Positions 27,278 through 37,568 of a stretch of DNA of 64,000 nt are shown here, in pieces (the stretch's first letter is position 1; each line of letters begins with the position of its first letter). The position numbers were made by a program, and so were the translations under genes. The notes below the pieces were generated by a model. The model was given only the letters and a program-made list of their open reading frames with translations, had not been told where the DNA came from and did not search any database. The stretch lies in NCBI RefSeq assembly GCF_964204645.1, contig NC_134028.1, forward strand, positions 19,475,653-19,539,652, read 5' to 3'. Source of the stretch: Tubulanus polymorphus. Its lineage: Eukaryota > Animalia > Nemertea.

Positions 27278-29476
27278 ATTCCTCTAGTTGATGATACTGT
27301 TCGGAAGCTTTTTGCAGATGGGTACACAAATGCAGAAATGAGGATTGCCATGTTATCTAACTTCGGAATAACTATTAGGTACGTATATATAAATTCCATG
27401 GCCTACATCAAGATGGTCTAAGAATAGATTTTAATTGTCTGCAGCTACGTATGGGCACTGCCATTTTTATTCAATATTACTCCTTATAATGATGTGATAT
27501 AGTAGTTTAGTTCACAAACCGTCTTGTTTATTTTAAACTTTCAGTGGACGCCACCTCAAACGACAATTGAATAGGTTAGGTTTGAAAAGAAACAACAATT
27601 ACGTTCTCAATGACGTAACCGCTGCAGTCGAGGAAAGTAATCCGAATTTTTGAAGTGATGCTTATATCTGATAGAAATTGAAAATGTCTTTTGGGTTTAA
27701 GATTATGTTCTCTGCATTATTACAGGTTGAGCTTGCTGGCAGCGGATGTTGCATGGGATATCGTGCTATGTCACAACGTCTCCGTCAACGCTACGGAATA
27801 AGAGCCCCTAGGTAAGATGTATGGTCGGGTGGCTACCTGCACGGTTAATTCCTGACATGATAAATGAGGGCGCTAAAGTACCAAAACGCCATAACTAAAA
27901 AAACTTAATTTCTCGAAAAATATTTTTTGGCCAAATTGAAGAATTGTCAGTTTTGTTACTCCTGACAAAAAGAACTTTCGAATCGGCCAGCATATGTATA
28001 AATGTGTATTTGATTGATGTAAGACCTTTAAGATGAGATCTGGATCACTTCACTCATGTGTTATATGATTGTTTACTTCTAGGTCTCTAGTTTCCAATAT
28101 CCTTCAGAATTTAGACTTCGAAGGAGTACAGAATAGGACCCATGGAGTTTTAAGACGACGACGTTACTTTAACAAGGGTCCCAATTATCTTGTCCATCTC
28201 GATGGTTATGACAAGCTCAAGCCTTTTGGTTTCCCGATTCATGGGTGTATAGATGGGTAAACATAATATATAATTGATATATCCTAAAAGATATTATTTC
28301 CACCTATCAACAGCAGTTGCTATAAGTTCAGAATTTGGTTTGTCGAACATGTTCATAAACACAGTCTATATTTAAAAGATTTTCCCGACGAATCCTTTGG
28401 TTAAGAGTTGGAAATACTAATAATGACCCAGAGGTGGTTGCGTGGTACTTTTTAGATTTCGTTCAGGACATTGAAGGTAGATAGAATTGTCATATATAAA
28501 TACACAATGTGCCGAAATTATGCCTGGGAAAAATTATCTGTTATCAATCGTCGATTAAGATAATACTCTGACCGTCATCTTTATATCATCATTCAGCAGT
28601 TCCTCGCTGCATCCGTATGGACGCTGGAACCGAAAATGGCAGAATTGCAGCGATTCAGAAGGCCTTTAGAGCAGAATATGATGACGAAACGTGCGTTCTT
28701 GTGGGTAGATCTACGAGTAATCAGGTTCGTGGTGTCATTAATATGGGTAGATTTGGACAATCCCCATTTCTGCGCTAGAACCAACTTAAGATACTTCAAA
28801 ACTCACCAATTATTTTATTTTTCTTTGTTTTTAGCGCATTGAACGATGGTGGCGAAGTCTTCGAAACGAAGTTGTTCAGTTTTGGATGAACGTTTTTAAA
28901 GATATGGAGGAAAATGGAAGTCTATCTACCGCGGACGTTGTGCACATGTAGGTTAAATACCCGCCTTTAAAGCGCGTGGCGATTTTTTGTGATCCACGTA
29001 GTAATTTCCCTTTCTCCAATATTTTTCAGTCAAACCTTAAGATACTGTTTTTTTGATTTGATAAATGCCGATCTTCAGGATTTCGTGCAGGAGTGGAATA
29101 CACATGCCATCAGGCCTCAACGAAATGTGGATGTTCCACCCGGAAAACCTGATCTATTATACTTCTCGCCGGAATATTACGGTACGAAATACGCTGTATA
29201 AAAATGAGCATAGGTTTCTAAGTTTACGATGTTTTTATCACTTCTTGATAATACGAAATAATATTTTCAGGCACGATAGACTACAAATTTCCAGTGGACG
29301 CTGGACTACTTCCGCAAATTCGAGAGGAATTTTGTAGTAAGCCGAATGAATCGAGAGGCTGTGATCCGGACTTTTCAGCGATGTGTGATCTTATAACGAG
29401 GCAGGGACAACAATCAAGACCGACATCAACCCCAGAAGCCGCTGCTTTGTATGACTGGCTATTAACTCAATTCTGA
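27278..29476 (+). CDS. DDE transposase/integrase (HTH-like N-terminus + RNase H fold); exons 27278-27378, 27545-27632, 27726-27811, 28083-28256, 28379-28476, 28597-28724, 28835-28947, 29030-29181, 29271-29476; start exon uncertain (ATG at 27184?)
   Basis: The spliced product reads ...FGITISGRHLKRQLNRLGLKR...GYRAM...GPNYLVHLDGYDKLKPFGFPIHGCIDGFSRRILWL...PRCIRMDAGTENG...GRSTSNQRIERWWRSLR...EWNTHAIR...GKPDLLY. The D, D and E catalytic residues are present. One donor site reads GA instead of GT (27633). Confidence 0.85.
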
Positions 29477-31081
29477 GAGCATACATGTTAGAATCATTTT
29501 TATACGTATCTGTCCTGCACGGTTTATGTGTTGTCTGTTCATGATGTATTTCGAAGATTCAAATATATCTATGATACACGTTACGCGTTGAAAAGAATAT
29601 GATTGTAATTTTTCATGGATTCATGCGACTGTTTGGGCTTAGTTATACATCATACTAACACTACCCATGTTTTAATTCGCTATCCAACCCCATCTTAAGT
29701 AGGTGTCTCAGAAATAGAATACGCGTGCCATCAATTTACATGGAGAATTATCTGCGAAAGCGTACTCCAGTATCCGCTATTCTCAAAACGCTTCAGAATA
29801 AATTTGCGTATGGTTCAAAAAGATGTATTTTTGATTGAATTTATTTTGAGAAAGTTCTATGAAGCGGTTGTTTAAAAAGTGGTCTTATGGACAAGTCACA
29901 TATCTTTCATCCTCGCATGCCAGGGGTCTGGTATCGCACCCCGAACTCGTTTCCACCACCCCCTGGCCTCACGACGCGTGATTTCATTACTGGTTGAAAT
30001 ACCTCCTTGTACGTTGATTGGTCCATTTAACGGGAAAATCAACAGAAGCCTATAATATCGTTTGCTTAAAGCGCTGTGATTGGTACGACCGGATTCTGGT
30101 CGGCTAGTAACGACTCCAACGACTCGCGAGGTCAAGGGGTTCGGGGAACACGGCTTTAGCTTAGTGAATTCGATTCCCACGACAGGTGAAGATGCATACA
30201 TTGGAACCTCGTTACAACGAACCTCTGGGGACCAGAAAATATTGTTCATTTTAACAGATATTTCGTCATATCCAGTGTGAAATTAATCAAATTGTCTAAT
30301 GTGGGACACAATCTTGTATTTGTTATGTCCGATGAATCGTTGTATCCCAGTTAGTTATAACGAGTTCCACTGTATCTCTATATGAATGTGCAATTTTGAC
30401 AGTATATAATTTAATCGTGTTCGAATACGTGCCAATGACACTTTCGTACTACGATATCATTTGCAGCTCGAGTGAAAGTGAGACACCATGAAAGAACGAA
30501 AACGCAATGAAGTGAAGATATTTGAATATTTTAATCGAAGTATCAAAGTTTCTCTTAAAAGCCTTAAAACATTATCTACGTTTTAATACCGTGTTGATAC
30601 AATATATCAATATGTACTTAAAGATGATTGTCTTACAATTTCGAGACAAAACATAACTTGACAGCAGAGAAGTGGCACCCCCAAATCGCCCTGTTTTCAA
30701 TACAAACAAAAAACGTATTTGGTCATGATTGATTCCCTAATTTGAAACGACAAATATAAGGAGCAAGTTTAACAGCTCTCGGTAAGGTTTGACTCGAGAG
30801 TCAAGTCGGTTTTTTTCAATATTTCCAATGCTTTAACTCTAGAGTCAAACTTAACCGAGAACTGTAGAACCTGGTCAAAATGCACTGCATGAATAATTAC
30901 TTCTATCATCAAAAAGATCGTCACTAAGTAATTCTATGATAAAAGAAACGACATCAGGGCTGGCAATATTAAAAATAAACACACCACTTTTGGCCTAAAC
31001 AAAAGAACTTAAACACGTTTTGATCCAACTTTGAAAATATGAAACTTACGTGGATTACGTCATTTCGTTTCTAGAATAATT

Positions 31082-33684
31082 TTATACGACGTCCATAACC
31101 CAAACATTGCTCTGGAGAATATTATCGAATTCTTGTTTCAGTTCGACGTATTCGTCATATGTTTCTGGTAACTCCAATATCTGGGCACATGTTCGAGCAA
31201 CTGGAGCTCGTTGGAGACCGTCTACCTTAGTAAAGGTCACGTCAATCTTTTGGCAGTTACAGATGTCAGAACCAGTACAATAGCGGAGGAACTTAGACAA
31301 CATGCTTTCATCCAATGATCTGACATATCTCTTCAGTAACGTAGCAACATTTGACTGAGGAGCTGACAAAACGTTTGGAAAAGAAAGTAATTCTACCACT
31401 TTGCGACAGGAGGGTTTAAGATCCGTACAAAGATCGAGGTACTGTTTATATGATATTGTTACATATTTCTGTATCATAGGTTTTATACAATCAACTATAA
31501 ATCTCGGCTTTTGCACCAATTCCTGGTGACTAATTTCCCGAATCAACATGGAGAAGTTCTCCTTCGTAGGAAGTTTCCGACATTCATATCCCCCCAGTAT
31601 GTCTATTATCTCTTCGACGTCATTTGCTTCATCATCGAAATTAGCCAATGCGCGTCGAAATACCAGCTCCTCAGACGGAGAAACATATTTCAGGAATGAT
31701 TCGACCAAGTCTACGCTATCATCCTGCTGGAAGAAAAATTCGGAAACAAATGGCTGCGCGAGGAATATTGGGAAATATGATGTTTCCTGAAATCCTTTAC
31801 TGATGATGCGTCCTACAGCCTCCCATTTCTCTGTGCCATAATCATGGCGTATGAGAGGGATCATCTGACTACTACCCGTCATACATTGCTTTCTAAATTC
31901 TGACCAAAATTCAGTAAGACACTCTCGAAAGACACCGTGTCCTTCTCCGGCTTCAACATTTCCATTAGGGAGTATCATTCGAGCATTTATTATTTTCCCC
32001 ATCACCGATGCATCACAAAAAGCGTTTATCATATCTTCGACCATGGCTGTTCTGCGAACCAGAAGGTTGTATTCTTCCCGTTCAATGCGATTAATCTCTT
32101 CTTGTGATAACTCGCCACTCGTCTGTACTCTGAATTGAATTGTAGGCGTATCAGGCTGTATCAATTCGAAATCATTAAAGTTGATATCTGCTATACCATC
32201 ACGGGAATGTGTATCATTTGCACCCGTATGTATGCCAACAGCACCGGTAGGCACATAACCAGACTGAATCCCGGCCGCAAATGGAGTTGAAAGTGTATGG
32301 GCAGATTGGGTATGCGTAGTTAAAACGATAGGTTGAATATCACTACTAGCCGAAATTGTAGATGAGGCTGCTGGCGTAAACGACAATGCCGGTTGCATCA
32401 ACGAAAACATAGGTAAAGTTGACTCAGAAATCGGTGGCTGGTGGGTATTAGCAAGAAAGGATGACATGGATGGCAAGGATGTTTCATCATCACTATCGTC
32501 AACTAAAACAGTTGTGTGAAGATAGAGCCTAATAGGGTTTGTTTTATGTGCTGCGATGTAGGCCTCTAGACCAAAAACATTACCACACTCAAGATAATCA
32601 CATAACCGATTACCATTGAAATTTGCTAAGTAATAGCTCACATCATTGATTTTTAGGTTCATCGCATTCGATTTGCCGTCTGGAAAAAATAGGTTTAAGA
32701 ACTCCATGGTTAAGGCCGACAAGTTCATTTCTTTTTTCAGGTCCAAAGTGTGTGTCCCCCCACCCTTGCTTGCAGTAACTAGTACAAAGGTCCCGCTTTT
32801 GATGGCGTGTTTCCAACCTAGTTTTATTCGTCGTATATCTTTCTCTGCATTTTTTGTCGTCATTGATTTCTTGGTGCCGGCCTTACGTTTTTGAAATTGC
32901 GTTCTCAACCTGCACAAAACACTAGATGATCCTGAAAATGAAATAATAAAGGAAAGTGTTATATATTTCAAGTAAACAATTTACAAATTTGTAAAAAGAT
33001 CCATTGATCGCAGACCCGTCGTAAGTCGAATCGCAAGGATAGAACAAGTTCTATTTCAGCGATGAGTTATGCGTCAAATGACCTTTGGACTCGGCGATGA
33101 TTGAATCGTTGTCGATCTGACTGTGACAAACGAATCGCCAATCGGCGGTCACGTGTTTACTACCGCTGTTTTTACGACGAGATGGTCGTCGTAAGTCGAC
33201 CTCAGCTTAGCTTAATCACGAGAAATAGGCACAAGCCTGCATAACCTCTCTAAAAGTATAACCCTCTGATAGCACAATCTCATGGACAGAATTGAATTAG
33301 CGTAACGGTCAGTGACAACGGTCATGAAAGTTGGAATTAAGCACGTGATTTATCTTAAAACTCAAATTATTACCTGCACTAGACACATTTTCATCTTCTT
33401 TAGGCTGAGAATTTACTATCCTACACCTATTCCTTAGCCGGACTCTATCCCCGATAGCTGTAACTCCTGCTGCTTCAAAATCACTATCTGTCATGGTCGT
33501 GACGTCACTAACACCTATCTGGATGAGAAATTAAAATATGATACATTTTCAGAAGTTATGGCCCTATAGCATTACCAATCGGGGCAAGTCTGTGTATACA
33601 TAAAGTATTGAAACACGGTACCTTATTTTCGAGAAACTTTGCAATGTATTGGCCTAATCCCAATTCTAGGAGTATGTTGTCCAT
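31082..33684 (-). CDS. SAM-domain + HECT E3 ubiquitin ligase, ~685 aa (exons 33684-33622, 33518-33374, 32931-31082)
   Basis: N-terminus MDNILLELGLGQYIAKFLENKIGVSDVTTMTDSDFEAAGVTAIGDRVRLR fits the SAM consensus. The C-terminal HECT has GEGHGVFRECLTEFW...FLRYCTGSD...PVARTCAQILELPETY with the catalytic Cys. GT-AG introns join in frame with no stops. Confidence 0.85.
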
Positions 33685-34369
33685 CTGTAAAGAAGACATT
33701 TACGAATTAACGCCATTGAATGATTATAATTCATTAGTTTTCACTAATGCAGACCGAGCAAAATAATCGTCGCTTACAATGATTAGGCAGTACGAGAGAA
33801 ACGGCTCACGTCGAAAACTTAGAATACTACCAGTACGTGTTATATTGCCTGCGCATACCAGAGAACGACATCGGTTTTTTTAATATGTTTTCAGCGGCCG
33901 AAAATCAATCGATTTTTAAAATATATTGGCATATTAAAGAACAAAGTTTATGAATAGGCCTATGTGAGCTAAGCAATGCGAGGCAATGTATAGGATTTAA
34001 ATGATACCAGGGGCTGATCCAGCATTTTTTAAGGAGTGGGGGTCGAGGGGGTACGGTGGTGCTCTGCTGGTCATCCCGAGAAATCTTAAAAACTTAGTCC
34101 CATTTTCATGAATTGTAAGCGTTTTTAGGCGCTACTTGATCATCTCATACATTTAAGATGTAGGCCTAACATGTCTACTTTGAAAAGTAGTTTTCCAAGT
34201 GAAAGGGGTTCTCGAGGACCCAAAGCAACCCCTGCATTTAACCCTGAATAGGCTACATACCTGTTCGTTAGTCCGTTAATGTATACACCACCACCATCGA
34301 CAACGATATGTATTATCACGTATACCTAGATCCGACTCGTAACAAAATCGAAGGGAGACGAATCGGATT

Positions 34370-35305
34370 TTCAAAGAAAGTTCGACGTTTTTCGCTGTTT
34401 GGCGGGGGGCGCCAAAACGAAAGTTCATTTTGGCGGGGGCGCCAAAATGAAAGTTCGTTTTGGCGGGGGCGCCAAAACGGAATATTCTCCGTTTTGGCGC
34501 GCCAAAACGAACTTTTAGAGAAATTTCGACGCTTTTCGTTGTTTTGGCGGGGGCGCCAAAATGAAAGTTCGTTTTGGCGGGGGCGCCAAAACGGAATATT
34601 CTCCGTTTTGGCGCGCCAAAACGAACTTTTAGAGAAATTTCGACGTTTTTCGTTGTTTTGGCGGGGGCGCCAAAACGAAAGTTCGTTTTGGCGGGGGCGC
34701 CAAAATGAAAGTTCGTTTTGGCGGGGGCGCCAAAACGGAATATTCTCCGTTTTGGCGCGCCAAAACGAACTTTTAGAGAAATTTCGACGTTTTTCGTTGT
34801 TTTGGCGGGGGCGCCAAAACGGAATTTTCTTTGTTTTGGCGCGCCAAAACGAACTTTTAGAGAAATTTCGACGTTTTTCGTTGTTTTGGCGGGGGCGCCA
34901 AAACGAAAGTTCGTTTTGGCGGGGGCGCCAAAATGAAAGTTCGTTTTGGCGGGGGCGCCAAAACGGAATTTTCTTTGTTTTGGCGCGCCAAAACGAACTT
35001 TTAGAGAAATTTCGACGTTTTTCGTTGTTTTGGTGGGGGCGCCAAAACGAAAGTTCGTTTTGGCGGGGGCGCCAAAATGAAAGTTCGTTTTGGCGGGGGC
35101 GCCAAAACGGAATTTTCTTTGTTTTGGCGCGCCAAAACGAACTTTTAGAGAAATTTCGACGTTTTTCGTTGTTTTGGCGGGGGCGCCAAAACGAAAGTTC
35201 GTTTTGGCGGGGGCGCCAAAATGAAAGTTCGTTTTGGCGGGGGCGCCAAAACGGAATATTCTCCGTTTTGGCGCGCCAAAACGAACTTTTAGAGAAATTT
35301 CGACG
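34370..35305 (-). repeat. Right TIR array: ~7 units of the 144-bp repeat in inverted orientation, two shortened by exact 30-bp modules
   Basis: Reverse complement of the left array. Units are 144, 114 and 84 bp. Confidence 0.95.
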
Positions 35306-36699
35306 AACTTTCATTTTCGACTGCCGACATTCCCAAAGCAGCCACTCAAAGCGCAGTTTCCCATAATGACGTAAAAAGCGCTGGCATTCCCAAAACAATC
35401 AATCAGAGCGTGGACGGATTTTCCATAATCACGTCAGCGCTCGACATAGCAGTGCTGTGCCGACAATATGTGCCATAGTCTAGCTATAGTCTTTCAAGGA
35501 ATCCTGTCAATTTTTTTAAAAATCAAATGACGGAAATATTGGACAGCGTATTAAACTTAATCTAACATTCGATAGTACAAGTAAGTTGTATATGGCGAAA
35601 AGTGTAGACATTATGTTGTTACGGAGAAAACTGAACGGTAAGAATTTGAATGACCTAGAAGACAACATGACGTCATTTGAACAGGATAACAATTGGTCGT
35701 TCACTACGTGAACCGACGAGTACACAAAAAGTACACCAAACTATAAAATGAACTTAACGTTTTTCTATTGACCTATGGAGTACGACAGGACAATGCGGGC
35801 GATGAATGTTCAATCAGGACAAATTGTGCTTGAAAGCTACGTCTAAATATGAGAATCATTACGTGCTTTTGCATTTGAATACATGACCAGACCTTCGACT
35901 GACAATTCGTTGAGCCCGTGGAAAGCAATTTTGTATAATACCGCATGTCCTAAATGGCTAATTTACTAAAAATTGATACCACTATTCGACTATAAACCTG
36001 CTTCACAGCCCATTCGATCAATTAATCTCTCAGGATTGAGCATAAAACCTGGACGTTTAGTCACCAGTTGGACTGTTTGTAGTTGGTAAATTATTCTGGA
36101 CATACGTATACATCATCTCTTGATCAACAGAAAAACCGCCGTCACCGAGAATACGCATATCCAAGAGTCAGGTGAATGACTATTATGACAAGAATATTTT
36201 TTCAAAAAAGAAATCTATCAGAAAAAGGCTGTTGAAAGTACATTAGAAGTAGATTGTAACGCCACTTAAGGACCAATGGAAAATATGGCGTTATAACAAA
36301 TTTGAATTGTAAAGAATTGTATTTCCATTGAATTTGAGTAAGATTGAGCAAATTCGTTCTGAAAAATCTTGGCTTTAAGTGAGCAGTGGCATCATAAAGG
36401 ATGCAGCTTTATAACATACTTCGAATGTAATAGAAAACCCTATCTACGTACATACAAATATAAAGCGACTAAAAAGGAAATTTATCAATCAAGAATTAAC
36501 TCAATTTGTATACGTCTACCGGTCTATTTGGGGTTTAATCTTATCAATGCCTATTAAATCATAAAATTGCTTATTGCATATCGGAATTAGGTGTTTCGTT
36601 ACGTTTTGCCTTGCTACCCCACTATACATATTGTATATCATTCCCATTTAATCAACTTAAGCTCGAATAGATTGTGAAATATGCAAAAACACTCGTAGG

Positions 36700-36966
36700 A
36701 GTAATAGGGTATATGACTTTTCATACCAGAGGTCGAGATGTCGAGCACGTAAAAATAGAAATAAATTCTCACACGCTCGAATTTATCTTTACTTTTACTC
36801 ACTCGCCCCCTCAACTTCTGATATGAAAAGACATGTACCCTATTATTCTGATAATTTCATATATATATGAACATAATATATTAAATGAATATCATATATG
36901 AAAATCAATTATATAGATTTCGAATAAAAACATATGTAAAATAAATGGTAGAATTAAAAGAATATA
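36700..36966 (+). mobile_element. Solo Polinton-like terminal fragment
   Basis: AGTAATAGGG...TCATACCAGAGGTCGA...CTGATATGAAAAGA followed by an AT-rich sequence ending TAAATGG, colinear with 57584-57850. Confidence 0.65.
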
Positions 36967-37568
36967 ACAAGCGCATAAAAGATCCCATATGGTCTCTACG
37001 GGCACGGGTGATCACACCACATAATAGGCCACTTTAAAATGATCGTACTCAATTCACGTGCAATGAATTATTAAGTTGGAAAATCTACGTTTTAAAATCA
37101 CCCGGCTTTCCAGTACTAGTAATGCTTAAATTGTTATCATACCATTAATTGAAAAACGAGATAGTCGTTAATGATTTAAAGTAGGACATATAGATGGGAT
37201 GATATCTAAAATAATGCAATTATCATTTTGTATCAGAAAGTACAGTTTGGCGTAATTCTGGATATATCTCGTCCACTAAGTACGTACATTTTCTAAGAGA
37301 CTCCCTACAGAAAAGTACGTCCATTTTCTTTCACACCTCTCCCCGTTCGAAATTTAGTACAATATTTGTTATCTCCCTCCCCTGGAAATCGTTACGTATA
37401 CTAATTGAACGTTCATCCTCGAAGTTTGTAAATCCCCTGATTTTCTTTTGTTGTTATGTATATAAGGCGAGTCTCCAGCACTGAACAAACTATGTCGTCA
37501 CGTTCACGTGCAACTACTCTGTTCTGCTCATAAAAAATGTTCATTTCTATTTTCAATGAATGCAGAAA

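Larger units (their letters stand above)
26461..35305. mobile_element. IS3EU-like DNA transposon with long repetitive TIRs, carrying a DDE transposase gene and a SAM-HECT E3 ligase gene
   Basis: Left terminus TATGGTGGCTGATAAGGGCC. Inverted arrays at 26461-27104 and ~34370-35305. Two convergent spliced genes lie inside. A same-terminus MITE at 54921 has a 6-bp TSD. The right terminal ~100 bp is not found. Confidence 0.8.

Noticed and set aside
26396-27291. Long ORFs (252 and 261 aa) over the left array
   Set aside because: They are translations of a stop-free 144-bp DNA repeat (48-aa period), open on both strands, with no sign of protein-level function.
34308-35398. Long ORFs (352 and 360 aa) over the right array
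   Set aside because: Same repeat artefact as the left array.
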